Origin: Eubacteriales bacterium
GTDB lineage: Bacteria > Bacillota > Clostridia > Oscillospirales > CAG-272
Length of the DNA: 64,000 nucleotides
Assembly (NCBI GenBank): GCA_045651985.1
Contig: JAZRTK010000026.1
Span: forward strand, 173,102-237,101
Direction of reading: 5' to 3'
Shown here: piece by piece, positions 55,252 through 64,000 of the stretch
Position numbering within the stretch: the first letter of the stretch is position 1
How the letters are laid out: each line of letters begins with the position of its first letter
Translations under genes and position numbers: made by a program
The notes under the pieces: model-generated
Seen by the model: only the letters and a program-made list of their open reading frames with translations
Database searches by the model: none
Told to the model about the DNA's origin: nothing

Positions 55252-58215
55252 ATGCTTACACTCAAAAATATCGTCAAAAAATACCCCGCAGGCGATACTA
55301 CGGTCGACGCACTGAGAGGCGTAGATATTGAATTCAGAAAGAGCGAATTCGTGGCGATACTTGGTCCCTCGGGCTGTGGAAAGACCACGTTGCTCAACAT
55401 TGTGGGCGGTCTTGACAAGTACACCGACGGCGACCTTATCATCAACGGAGTTTCGACGAAGAAATACAAGGACGCAGACTGGGACACCTACCGCAACCAT
55501 TCAATCGGCTTCGTTTTCCAAAGCTACAACCTTATTCCTCACCAGACGGTGCTTTCAAACGTAGAGCTTGCGCTGACCCTTTCGGGCGTTTCCAAGGCGG
55601 AAAGAAGAAGACGCGCAAAGGAGGCTCTTGAAAAGGTGGGTCTGGGCGACCAGCTTACAAAGCGTCCAAATCAGATGTCGGGCGGTCAGATGCAGAGAGT
55701 GGCGATCGCACGCGCGCTTGTAAACGACCCCGAGATAATCTTAGCCGACGAGCCCACGGGTGCACTTGACAGCCAGACCAGCGTTCAGATAATGGAGCTT
55801 CTAAAGGAGATTTCCAAGGATAAGCTCATTATCATGGTAACCCACAACCCCGACCTGGCAGAGCAGTACGCAACCCGCACGGTTAAGCTTATCGACGGTC
55901 TGGTGGTTGAGGATTCCGCACCTTACAGCGGGGGAACGGTGGAGTTTGAATCCGAGGAGTGCAAGAAGAATAAAAAGAAGAAAGACAAGGAAAAGCGTGC
56001 GCAAATGTCCTTCTTTACAGCACTTTCTCTGTCGCTGAATAACCTCCTTACAAAGAAGACAAGAACCGTGTTGACCAGCTTCGCAGGTTCTATCGGTATT
56101 ATCGGTATCGCCCTTATCCTGTCTGTTTCCTACGGCGTGAAGGCATACATCGACCAGGTGCAAAAGGACACATTGGCAAGCTATCCCATCATGCTTCAGC
56201 ATGAAACGGTTGACATGACCGAGCTTGTCATGTCGGTGGCGGGCACGACGGGCGGTACGGGCGCGAACGGTGAGCCTCACGAGCTTGACCGTGTTTACGC
56301 AAACAATATGCTCTACGAGCTGATGAACAAGATGAACAATATGGAGACCGAGAAGAACGATCTCAAGTCCTTCAAGAAATACCTTGAGACCGACGAGCGG
56401 TTTAAGGACTTCGTTTCGGCGGTGCAGTATTCCTACGATCTTGACATGAACGTCTTCACAAAGGACGCCGATGGAAAGATAATCCGTGGAACTTTTGAGG
56501 AGCTTATGGACACCGTCTACGGTCAGGAGATGACCGCACTCATGCAGACAAATCCCATGATGGCAAGCTTTTCCGTATGGCAGGAGCTGCTTTCGGGCGA
56601 GGACGACGAGCTTATCACACCCCTGCTCCACGAGCAGTACGACGTGATCTACGGCGAGTGGCCCAAGGCTTATGACGAAATAGTTCTGGTCGTTGACAAG
56701 AACAACGAGATCACCGACATTACTCTTTACCAGCTTGGTTTAAAGACCGGCGATGAGCTGAAGGCTCACCTTGACACAATGCAGAAGGGCGAGGATTTCG
56801 ACCTTTCACAAGACACAAGCTGGAGCTACGAGGATATCTGTTCAAAGGAATTCAAGCTGGTGCTCTCTCCCGATATGTTCCAGAAGCAGTCGAACGGACA
56901 TTTCGTTGACCTGAGTGCCACCGACGCGGGTCTCGACTTCCTCTACCACGACGAAAAGGCGGTTACCCTCAAGATAACGGGTATTATTCGTCCCAACGGC
57001 GATGCGGTATCCAACATGATAACGGGCTCTATCGGCTATACCAAGGCTCTGACCGAGCACATAATAAATGAAACGGCGAAGCGGGAAATCGTAACACAGC
57101 AGCTTGCCGACACCGCAACCGACGTGTTCACGGGTCTGCCATTTGCAACGGGCGACGAGGTTGAGCCTACTGCACAAGAAAAGGCTGCGGCTTTTGCCGA
57201 GTACGCCGCATCAAAAGACGCCGCAACAAAGGCGGCATTCTACAAGGCGATGAAGTCCGAGCCTTCCGCACAGTATTTGATGCAGGCTTTGGGCGCAGCC
57301 ATGATGCAGATGACCGACGAGCAAAAGGATGCGACGCTGATCGCAGCTATCTCCGCCCAGATGAACGTTGATGCCGAGCAGGTGCAGAGCTACATCACGC
57401 AGATGACGCCCGAGGAAAAAGAGGGCTATCTTGCGCAAATTCTCACCGCGACGATCAAGGAGCAGTACAAGAGCGAGGTGCTGGCGGCTATCGAAATGAT
57501 GCCCGAGGCACAGCTTGCTATGGCATTCGATGCGGAGCCTATCACAAAGGAGCAGTACGTGTTCCTTTACGACGCCTTTATGCCCGCGACCGTATCCGAG
57601 TCCACCTACGAGGAAAATCTCAAGGTGCTTGGCTACGTTGACATCGAGTCTCCCTCTGCCATCAGCATTTTCGCCAACACCTTCGAGGACAAGGACGAGA
57701 TCGCCGCGCTCATCACCGAATACAACCGTGACAAGAACGAGGAGGAACAGATCAACTACACCGATTACGTAGCTCTCCTCATGTCTTCGATCACCACCAT
57801 AATCGACGCTATTTCCTACGTTCTTATTGCGTTCGTTGCCATTTCTCTGGTGGTCTCCTCTATCATGATAGGTATTATTACCTACATTTCGGTTCTGGAG
57901 CGTACCAAGGAAATAGGGATCCTGCGTTCTATCGGCGCGTCCAAGAAGGATATCTCGCGCGTGTTTAACGCTGAGACCTTGATCGTTGGCTTTGGCGCGG
58001 GTGCTATCGGTATCGTGATAACCTATGTCTTTGACGCTATCATCACAGCTATTTTGCACGCTCTGACGGGCATAAATACCCTCAATGCAATTCTCCTGCC
58101 CGAATATGCGGTAATTCTGGTTGCGATAAGTATGTTCCTGACCTTTATTGCGGGACTTATCCCCTCGGGTATCGCCGCAAAGAAGGACCCTGTTGTGGCA
58201 TTGAGAACAGAATAA
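55252..58215 (+). CDS. Fused ABC transporter ATP-binding protein / FtsX-type permease (MacB-like)
   Basis: GPSGCGKTT, MSGGQMQR, ILADEPTGALD motifs. Large extracytoplasmic region and C-terminal FtsX-like TMs. Confidence 0.9.
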   Translation: MLTLKNIVKKYPAGDTTVDALRGVDIEFRKSEFVAILGPSGCGKTTLLNIVGGLDKYTDGDLIINGVSTKKYKDADWDTYRNHSIGFVFQSYNLIPHQTVLSNVELALTLSGVSKAERRRRAKEALEKVGLGDQLTKRPNQMSGGQMQRVAIARALVNDPEIILADEPTGALDSQTSVQIMELLKEISKDKLIIMVTHNPDLAEQYATRTVKLIDGLVVEDSAPYSGGTVEFESEECKKNKKKKDKEKRAQMSFFTALSLSLNNLLTKKTRTVLTSFAGSIGIIGIALILSVSYGVKAYIDQVQKDTLASYPIMLQHETVDMTELVMSVAGTTGGTGANGEPHELDRVYANNMLYELMNKMNNMETEKNDLKSFKKYLETDERFKDFVSAVQYSYDLDMNVFTKDADGKIIRGTFEELMDTVYGQEMTALMQTNPMMASFSVWQELLSGEDDELITPLLHEQYDVIYGEWPKAYDEIVLVVDKNNEITDITLYQLGLKTGDELKAHLDTMQKGEDFDLSQDTSWSYEDICSKEFKLVLSPDMFQKQSNGHFVDLSATDAGLDFLYHDEKAVTLKITGIIRPNGDAVSNMITGSIGYTKALTEHIINETAKREIVTQQLADTATDVFTGLPFATGDEVEPTAQEKAAAFAEYAASKDAATKAAFYKAMKSEPSAQYLMQALGAAMMQMTDEQKDATLIAAISAQMNVDAEQVQSYITQMTPEEKEGYLAQILTATIKEQYKSEVLAAIEMMPEAQLAMAFDAEPITKEQYVFLYDAFMPATVSESTYEENLKVLGYVDIESPSAISIFANTFEDKDEIAALITEYNRDKNEEEQINYTDYVALLMSSITTIIDAISYVLIAFVAISLVVSSIMIGIITYISVLERTKEIGILRSIGASKKDISRVFNAETLIVGFGAGAIGIVITYVFDAIITAILHALTGINTLNAILLPEYAVILVAISMFLTFIAGLIPSGIAAKKDPVVALRTE

Positions 58216-58228
58216 AAACAAAAAATCA

Positions 58229-58257
58229 AAGCCTCCCTTGAAAAAGGGAGGCTTTTT
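58229..58257. terminator. Bidirectional terminator between the ABC and BlaR1-like genes
   Basis: AAGCCTCCCTT-GAAA-AAGGGAGGCTT followed by TTT. Confidence 0.85.
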
Positions 58258-58260
58258 GGC

Positions 58261-60636
58261 TTAATTGTATTCAATTTCCGTGTAATAGTGAGGTGTGAAA
58301 ACGTCTCCGTCGTCAAAGGGGGGCTTCCATAAGCCCTCGTCGGTGGCGGTGTAGATCATGTTTTCGCCTTCTTGTCTGAAGCGAAGAACGTATTTTTCGT
58401 CGTGCGTCCGCAAGGTCAAAAGACCGCCCTCCCAGGTGTAATTTCCAAAGCCGATATAACTGCTTGTGGGAGTCCAATGAAAAGAGAACGTGCCGTTGTC
58501 AAAAAGCCCAAAGCCCGTCATGGTGCCGCCAACAAGATCGTATGAGCGAAAGGTCTTTACTCTTGAGGTCACGGGGGTGTCGAGTCCCTGATGACCCCAG
58601 TAGGAGGTGTGTTCGTCGCCGTCAAGGACTATATTGCCGTTGACAACACTTATTTTCATGAATTTAACGTTCTCGCCGTTGCGGCCCACGAGCACGGTCT
58701 CGCCGTTCTCGTTTTTGTCAAAGCCAAGCTCCATGTAGGACGTGGTGAATACGTTGTAATATTCGGGATTGCCGTTTTCGGAGGCTGTGATGGTGAAAGA
58801 GAACAGACCCGAGGTGGGGCCGTAGCCGATCACGCAGTTTTCATCACGGCCGTCACCGTCAATATCAAAGGTCGAGGCGGCGATGTAGCCGTTGTACTTG
58901 GGATTTTCGATTATGGGGAAATCCTCCCAGAAAAGCTCCCTTACTCTTTTTTTGTACCCTTCATCCAAGGTGTATGCGTAGCTGGAGTGATACATTTGTG
59001 TTCCTATGATTGACACTTCGTCCTTGGTCACCGCACCGATGGCGAGATAATACGCGATGATTATTCTCATCTCGTACAGAGTGGCGGGGTTTTGTGCCAG
59101 CTTCAAAAGCTCGTTGTTCTGATACACCCGATTGACACCCGGCATAACTCCGCAGCTGTAGACGTTGTGCGCCATCTGCCAAACGTAGACCTCAAGACCT
59201 TTTGAGGTCTCGCAGGAAAAATATTCGGGGAATTTCTTCTTTAAACTGTCAATTTTTTTGTCTGTGATCGCCTCGATCGGCGTGTCAGAGCTGCCATACC
59301 CGAACTGATCGGATTTGTGGTCCAAAATGCTCTCAAAAACAGCTTTTGCCGCTTTGGGGTCCTTTACCTTGTAAGTGAGTGTAGGCTCTGCGTCACCGTC
59401 CAGAAATACCGTCTTGAAATCCTCGTCGAAGTTGATGTAAATGCCGAACATAGCAGAGGAGGTGGGGCTAAACTCGGTCTGACGGGGTTGAAGAACGAGG
59501 GAGTGCGCGCCCTTGCGGCCGTCTCGGCTTTTGGACACCTCGCGCTTTGAAATTCTGATATCCGCCAGATCCCGAAGCAGGTCGCGGGGAACGGTGCCGA
59601 TATAAGAGTAGCCTTCGCCGTCTTCCGTTGCCGCCCACGTTCGGGAGGTGTCAACGATGGACTCTGTCAGTCCCAAGCCTTCGATGTTGCCGAGTGTAGT
59701 CGTGGCGGGGTTTGTGAGGAAGCAGACCGCCGCGGCAACGCTCAGTACAATAGCAACAATAATTATCCAAAAGGCAGGCTTTTTGTAGCTGAGAACAGAT
59801 TTGATTCTGCTCTTTACCGCCACCTCGCCGAATGCCAGAGGGCAAGCGGCAATTGCTCGGCGGCTTACGCTGCAAGAAAGGAGCGCTTGGGAATAGTCGG
59901 CTTTTTGCACGCTGTCAAGAGAGGAAATGACCTTTTCGTCGCATGCAAGCTCGATGTCACGGCAGAGGATCACATAACCCACCCACATAAGCGGATTGAA
60001 CCAATGAAGGGTCAAAAGCAGAAAGCCCAGAGGCTTCCAAAGGTGGTCGCGGCGGCGAATATGCGCTTTTTCGTGGGCGATAACGTGGGCACTGTCCTGC
60101 TCGCTTAAGTTAAAGGGCAGGTAAATTTTCGGCTTAATAAGCCCGAGCACGAAAGGCGAAGAAACCCGCTCGCTCTGATAAATATTGTCGCGCAGAAGGA
60201 CCGCCGTGCCGATCCTGCTCTTTACTCTTAAATAGCTGACGGCGGTGTAGATAAGCATGGCTATGATGCCAAGTATCCACAAATTTGCCGCAACGGGAAC
60301 AAGTATCTGCAAAGGATTTGCGCTCGCCATGGGATCGGGAGCAAGAGAACCGACCAAAACGGGATTGAGCGCGTTGTTTATCATGGGAACGCCCGTATTC
60401 ACGGTGGGCGTTCTGTCAAGCATAATGTCGGGGCTGACCGTCTCGGCACTTGGGATAAGGCTCAAAACGCTTTCGACGGTAAACGGGCAGAGCGCTCGCA
60501 ATGCAACGATCCCCCAGAGCAGGACTGTTATCCACTTGGGTGCTTTTTTGAGCAGAAGCCTCAAGACCAGAACGGCTATGACTATCCAGCCCGCCGAGAT
60601 GCTCATGTTTATTACGGAAAGAAAAAAATCACTCAT
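58261..60636 (-). CDS. BlaR1/MecR1-family M56 peptidase signal transducer with a ~490-aa non-PBP C-terminal domain
   Basis: HEKAHIRRRDH zinc motif in the N-terminal membrane domain. No SxxK penicillin-binding motif context seen in the C-terminal part. Confidence 0.75.
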   Translation of the reverse strand: MSDFFLSVINMSISAGWIVIAVLVLRLLLKKAPKWITVLLWGIVALRALCPFTVESVLSLIPSAETVSPDIMLDRTPTVNTGVPMINNALNPVLVGSLAPDPMASANPLQILVPVAANLWILGIIAMLIYTAVSYLRVKSRIGTAVLLRDNIYQSERVSSPFVLGLIKPKIYLPFNLSEQDSAHVIAHEKAHIRRRDHLWKPLGFLLLTLHWFNPLMWVGYVILCRDIELACDEKVISSLDSVQKADYSQALLSCSVSRRAIAACPLAFGEVAVKSRIKSVLSYKKPAFWIIIVAIVLSVAAAVCFLTNPATTTLGNIEGLGLTESIVDTSRTWAATEDGEGYSYIGTVPRDLLRDLADIRISKREVSKSRDGRKGAHSLVLQPRQTEFSPTSSAMFGIYINFDEDFKTVFLDGDAEPTLTYKVKDPKAAKAVFESILDHKSDQFGYGSSDTPIEAITDKKIDSLKKKFPEYFSCETSKGLEVYVWQMAHNVYSCGVMPGVNRVYQNNELLKLAQNPATLYEMRIIIAYYLAIGAVTKDEVSIIGTQMYHSSYAYTLDEGYKKRVRELFWEDFPIIENPKYNGYIAASTFDIDGDGRDENCVIGYGPTSGLFSFTITASENGNPEYYNVFTTSYMELGFDKNENGETVLVGRNGENVKFMKISVVNGNIVLDGDEHTSYWGHQGLDTPVTSRVKTFRSYDLVGGTMTGFGLFDNGTFSFHWTPTSSYIGFGNYTWEGGLLTLRTHDEKYVLRFRQEGENMIYTATDEGLWKPPFDDGDVFTPHYYTEIEYN

Positions 60637-61003
60637 TTTTGTCTCCTTTCCTGTAATCGTCTATCATTTTCTGAATGGCGTCTATTTCATTTTCGGAGAG
60701 CTTTGGGTGGCGGGTAAAGGCAGCTACGAATGCGGGCAGGGAGCCTTCAAAGGTCTTTTCCACCATTTCGTCAAGCTCCGCTGCCTGCACCTCGTCCTTT
60801 GTGACCAATGATGTCACCACGGAATTCTCGTTCTTCAAGACCCCCCGCTCAAAAAGACGCTTTATGACCGTGTAAGTGGTGGTTGGCTTCCAGCCAAGCT
60901 GCTCTCGGCAAAGCTCAACCAAAGCACTGCTCTTTACAGGCTCGTGTTCCCATAAAATAAGGCAAAATCGGTATTCGCTCTCGAAAATTTTCGGTGTGCT
61001 CAT
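60629..61003 (-). CDS. BlaI/MecI/CopY-family transcriptional repressor
   Basis: 124 aa winged-helix protein; 8-nt overlap with the M56 gene. Confidence 0.85.
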   Translation of the reverse strand: MSTPKIFESEYRFCLILWEHEPVKSSALVELCREQLGWKPTTTYTVIKRLFERGVLKNENSVVTSLVTKDEVQAAELDEMVEKTFEGSLPAFVAAFTRHPKLSENEIDAIQKMIDDYRKGDKNE

Positions 61004-61017
61004 AGGGTTTCTCCTTT

Positions 61018-61059
61018 CTCTAATGCGTTAGAGTGCATCTATACTCTAACACATTAGAG
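61018..61059 (-). promoter_or_regulatory. Two operator-like dyads CTCTAA-N4-TTAGAG overlapping the blaI-like promoter
   Basis: 61018-61033 CTCTAATGCGTTAGAG and 61044-61059 CTCTAACACATTAGAG. TTGACA at 61066-61071 (minus strand). Confidence 0.6.
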
Positions 61060-61082
61060 CGAGTTTGTCAAGAGGTTTTTGT

Positions 61083-61113
61083 AAAAAAGCGGCAGAGATT
61101 TTTTCTCTGCCGC
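61083..61113 (-). terminator. Terminator of the padR-DUF1700-DUF4097 operon
   Basis: GCGGCAGAG-loop-CTCTGCCGC with TTTTTT on the minus strand. Confidence 0.85.
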
Positions 61114-61120
61114 GTGGGGG

Positions 61121-62086
61121 TTATTTGATTGTGATTCTGATATCGCCCGTGTCGGTCTTGATATCGCAGACACCGCCCGTGGTCGTATGGGGGATTTTTA
61201 CGTTGCCCGTGTCGGTCTCTGTGAAGAAGACCTTCGGGGTTTTAAGGCTTCCCTTCACGTCACCCGTGTCGGTGACGATATAAATGCTCGCCGCGTCCGA
61301 GTGCTCAAATTCAATGTCGCCCGTGGAACGCTCTATCCGAAGAGTTCCGTACGCGGTCGCGTTTTCAAGGCTTATCTCACCCGTGCTGCCCATGGAAGTG
61401 AAGTTGTTGCAGCTCACGTTTTCAAGCTCAACGTCGCCGGTGCTGACGCGGATGGAAATATTGTCGGTGCAGACGAGGGAGGAGACCTCGATGTCGCCTG
61501 TGTCGGTGGTCAGATTAAGAGAGCCGACCTTTATTCCGACGATATCAATGTCGCCCGTGGAGCGTCTGATCTTTGCCTCGCCCGTAACCGTTGAGCGCAC
61601 GTCGACCTCGCCCGTAGACCCCCAAAGATCAATAGCAGAAAATGCGAGATCCGACGGGAGCTTTATATCGCCCGTATCCTGCTTGACTTTCAGCGCACCG
61701 TAAGCGGTTTCGGGCAGATAAACGGTTATTTTCGTTCTGCCAAAGGAGAAGAGCATGATGTGCTCGTACCATTTTCTGTCATCCCTGATGCTTATTTTGA
61801 GAGTGTTGCCCTCAAGTCCTACCGCGTGCTTTTCCTTTGCGGACTCGTGCAGGACCACCTTGCACTCGTCGTTCTCGGATCTTACGACAATGACGTCGGC
61901 GGTGTCGGTGTCGATTGAAATATCGGTAAAATCATCACTTATATAGTGTGTGTTCAGTTCGAATTTGATGCTGTTGAGCTTTGAAAAATCCCAGCCGCCC
62001 GCCGCCAGCGTTATGGCGAACATTATAATGCCCGTAAGAGAAAGTATTGCTGCAACGATGAGCCAAATTTTAGTTCTTTTCTTCAT
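61121..62086 (-). CDS. DUF4097-family beta-strand repeat protein with an N-terminal TM anchor
   Basis: At least nine (S/D)TG(D/E/N)(I/V) repeats spaced about 20-25 aa apart. Confidence 0.8.
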   Translation of the reverse strand: MKKRTKIWLIVAAILSLTGIIMFAITLAAGGWDFSKLNSIKFELNTHYISDDFTDISIDTDTADVIVVRSENDECKVVLHESAKEKHAVGLEGNTLKISIRDDRKWYEHIMLFSFGRTKITVYLPETAYGALKVKQDTGDIKLPSDLAFSAIDLWGSTGEVDVRSTVTGEAKIRRSTGDIDIVGIKVGSLNLTTDTGDIEVSSLVCTDNISIRVSTGDVELENVSCNNFTSMGSTGEISLENATAYGTLRIERSTGDIEFEHSDAASIYIVTDTGDVKGSLKTPKVFFTETDTGNVKIPHTTTGGVCDIKTDTGDIRITIK

Positions 62087-62692
62087 TCATTCTTCCTCCT
62101 TACGCTTAAATTTACCTATGAGCCATACGAAAAATTTCTTTGTAAGTATCACCGTCCACTTGCCCGCAAGCAGAGCTGCAAAAAAGGCGAAGATCGAAAG
62201 TCCTGCTGCAAAGATCGCTGTGGCGATCGCTGCAAGACCCCCAATGGGTGCGCCTGTGCATATCATGCCAAGGCCCGCGGCAATACCTCCCAGCACCACG
62301 CCCCAAAGTGCCACTACACAAGCCCACAGAGAGATTATCATCGCCCAGATGCCTGCGTAAACGGACACGATAGTCGACAAAACGCCCGACGCCAGCGATA
62401 TAAGCAGGGGAGCGGCTAAGATAAGAAGGACTATCTCCCAAGGACCCCAATGCAGCTTGGTCTTTTTCTTTTCTTCCTTCATTTTATTATTTATGGGCGC
62501 GAAGTCCGCCTTTATCTGCGCGGCAATATCCTGTGGGGGTCCGATGCCTTCTATAACTTCTTCCTCCGAAAGTCCATCCTCGATGCGGTCGTCTATCATC
62601 TCGGAGTAAAAGGATATGCGCTCCTCCAGGTCGGCCTGCGGCAGACCCGAAAGAGAACGGCGCAGTTCAGATAAAAATTCTGTTTTACGCAT
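62087..62692 (-). CDS. DUF1700-domain membrane protein
   Basis: N-terminus MRKTEFLSELRRSLSGLPQADLEERISFYSEMIDD; C-terminal TM segments. Confidence 0.8.
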   Translation of the reverse strand: MRKTEFLSELRRSLSGLPQADLEERISFYSEMIDDRIEDGLSEEEVIEGIGPPQDIAAQIKADFAPINNKMKEEKKKTKLHWGPWEIVLLILAAPLLISLASGVLSTIVSVYAGIWAMIISLWACVVALWGVVLGGIAAGLGMICTGAPIGGLAAIATAIFAAGLSIFAFFAALLAGKWTVILTKKFFVWLIGKFKRKEEE

Positions 62693-63005
62693 CTTCTGAT
62701 TCCTCCTTGCAAACGAATTTGTATATGGAAACTATCTCTTTCCATTCTTCCTTGAATTCTTTGAGACGGTCAAGCCCGGGACCTGTGATGTGGTAGTATT
62801 TGCGGAGTCTGCCTCCGTGTTCAACGGTATGTACCGTCAGCATGTTCGCCCCTTCAAGACGCTTCAAAATGGTGTATAGGGTGGATTCCGACATTTCCAT
62901 GTACGGCTTCATGTCTTTGATTATCTTGTAACCGTAGGAATCGCCGCTCTTGATCGACGCCAGAACGCAGACGTCAAGAAGCCCTCTTTTGAGTTGTATG
63001 TCCAT
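62685..63005 (-). CDS. PadR-family transcriptional regulator
   Basis: 106 aa; GDSYGYKIIKD..STLYTILKRLE winged-helix motif. Confidence 0.9.
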   Translation of the reverse strand: MDIQLKRGLLDVCVLASIKSGDSYGYKIIKDMKPYMEMSESTLYTILKRLEGANMLTVHTVEHGGRLRKYYHITGPGLDRLKEFKEEWKEIVSIYKFVCKEESEDA

Positions 63006-63029
63006 AATATACCTCCTCTCGTGTAATAC

Positions 63030-63058
63030 ATCATATCACGAAGTATTGCGCTTGTCAA
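63030..63058 (-). promoter_or_regulatory. padR operon promoter
   Basis: TTGACA-17 nt-TATGAT with TGaTATGAT. Confidence 0.6.
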
Positions 63059-63078
63059 GAGGTTTTATAAAAAATGTA

Positions 63079-63113
63079 AAAAGACCGAATTCAAAATGAA
63101 CTCGGTCTTTTTT
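63079..63113 (-). terminator. Terminator after the ThrH-like gene
   Basis: AAGACCGA-13-nt loop-TCGGTCTT flanked by an A-run and a T-run. Confidence 0.55.
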
Positions 63114-63138
63114 ATAAATGGATGATCTGTGCAGGCGG

Positions 63139-63738
63139 TCAAAGAACCTTTTTAATCGCCTCCAGAAGGTCGTCAAAGCTTTCAAATGCTCGGTACTGGG
63201 GGTAATCACGCTTTATCTGCTCGGTTGAGCGGAACAGGAAGCCTGCTTTTGAGATCTTGATCATGCCAAGATCGTTGAAGCTGTCGCCGGCGGCGATAGT
63301 TTCAAAGCCCATTGCCTGCAGGTGCGTTACGGTGGTGTGCTTTGAGTTGGGGCAGCGCATCTTGTAATCGGTGATAGTGCCGTCCTTTTCTACCACGAGC
63401 TCGTTGCAGAAAATGGTTGGCATACCCAGCTTTTCCATCAAGGGCTGCGCGAACTGTGTAAAGGTGTCGCTGATAATTATGGTCTGAGTCAGGCTGCGGA
63501 GCTTGTCGAGAAATTCCTTTGCACCGGGGAGCGGATCGATCTTTGCAATGGTGGCCTGAATGTCCGAGAGGGTCATGCCATGCTCACGCAAAACGCTCAA
63601 GCGCCACTTCATCAGCTTATCGTAATCGGGCTCGTCACGGGTGGTGCGGGACAGCTCGCTGATGCCGCTCTCGCGCGCGAAAGCGATCCAGATTTCGGGG
63701 ACAAGAACTCCCTCAAGGTCTAAACAAACTATATTCAT
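63139..63738 (-). CDS. thrH: HAD-family phosphoserine phosphatase / homoserine phosphotransferase (ThrH-like)
   Basis: MNIVCLDLEGVLVPEIW N-terminus, AAGDSFND motif. Confidence 0.75.
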   Translation of the reverse strand: MNIVCLDLEGVLVPEIWIAFARESGISELSRTTRDEPDYDKLMKWRLSVLREHGMTLSDIQATIAKIDPLPGAKEFLDKLRSLTQTIIISDTFTQFAQPLMEKLGMPTIFCNELVVEKDGTITDYKMRCPNSKHTTVTHLQAMGFETIAAGDSFNDLGMIKISKAGFLFRSTEQIKRDYPQYRAFESFDDLLEAIKKVL

Positions 63739-63853
63739 AACAAATCTCCCTTATCTAGTTCTGTTTTTCGGGGGTATTATATCACAACAGGACCGAAAAA
63801 TCAATATGTTTTTTAACTTTACCCCCATTGATTTGCGATCCCGAATTTTTTAT

Positions 63854-64000
63854 TACGATCGACGGTTTTGTCTGTATTGCGTAGGGGTCTTTCCGATTTC
63901 CCTTTTGAACATGGCGGAAAATTTTGAACAGTTTTCAAAGCCGCACATGGTTGCCACTTCGGATATGGGGAGCGTGGTAGTCTCAAGCAGTTCGGCGGAT
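63854..64000 (-). pseudogene. AraC-family regulator 3' end (5' end outside window) with an apparent 1-nt frameshift in the last HTH helix
   Basis: ..LPISEVATMCGFENCSKFSAMFKR continues as the consensus-like EIGKTPTQYRQNRRS* only after shifting frame at the A/G run near 63900-63907. Confidence 0.45.

Noticed and set aside
57211-58221. 336-aa ORF antisense to the ABC transporter gene (similar ones at 55801-56631 and 12404-13276)
   Set aside because: These are shadow ORFs within strongly supported genes. They are Arg/His/Gly-rich and lack an RBS.

Overview
This is a 64-kb, mostly core chromosomal segment from a Gram-positive, Clostridia-like genome. The taxonomic guess rests on an SLH S-layer gene with CsaB, PFOR, a V-type ATPase, and many TTGACA-N17-TATAAT / TGnTATAAT promoters. 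I call about 52 protein-coding genes. I recognised no rRNA, tRNA, CRISPR array, transposase or integrase. All product calls come from motif recognition by eye; no searches were run.

Gene content, left to right:
- Left end to the S-layer gene: PFOR 3' end, YitT-like, GDPD, GNAT, a Na+-decarboxylase beta subunit plus a 40-aa OadG-like ORF, pyk, mntP, an amidase-domain protein, DUF1846, a GT4-CsaB fusion, pgsA, rimO.
- A TetM/EF-G-like GTPase fused to a Rae1/YacP NYN nuclease, followed by a 1053-aa SLH S-layer protein.
- Middle block: feoAB, DMT, methyltransferase, ZIP, anion permease, tpiA, pgk, mltG, CPBP, DJ-1, hisS, secG, ddl, prmC, and a small Cys/acidic membrane protein.
- aspS, YdcF/DUF218, rlmH, and a 1737-aa secreted CE7-esterase/LRR protein.
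- A nine-gene V-type ATPase operon and a fused ABC ATPase/FtsX permease.
- Right end: BlaI/BlaR1-like pair, PadR-DUF1700-DUF4097 module, ThrH-like phosphatase, and an AraC-family 3' end.

Most noteworthy observations:
1. The GTPase-NYN fusion.
2. A five-copy, collinear two-hairpin 3'-end cassette that also supplies the last codons and stop of three unrelated genes.
3. A tandem array of SD+ATG mini-ORF repeats downstream of the small Cys-rich gene.
4. The V-ATPase proteolipid has Na+-type ligands, but Val (GTG) replaces the essential ion-binding Glu.
5. Six helically phased T-tracts lie upstream of the V-ATPase promoter.

I treat the long antisense ORFs in the track as shadow ORFs.
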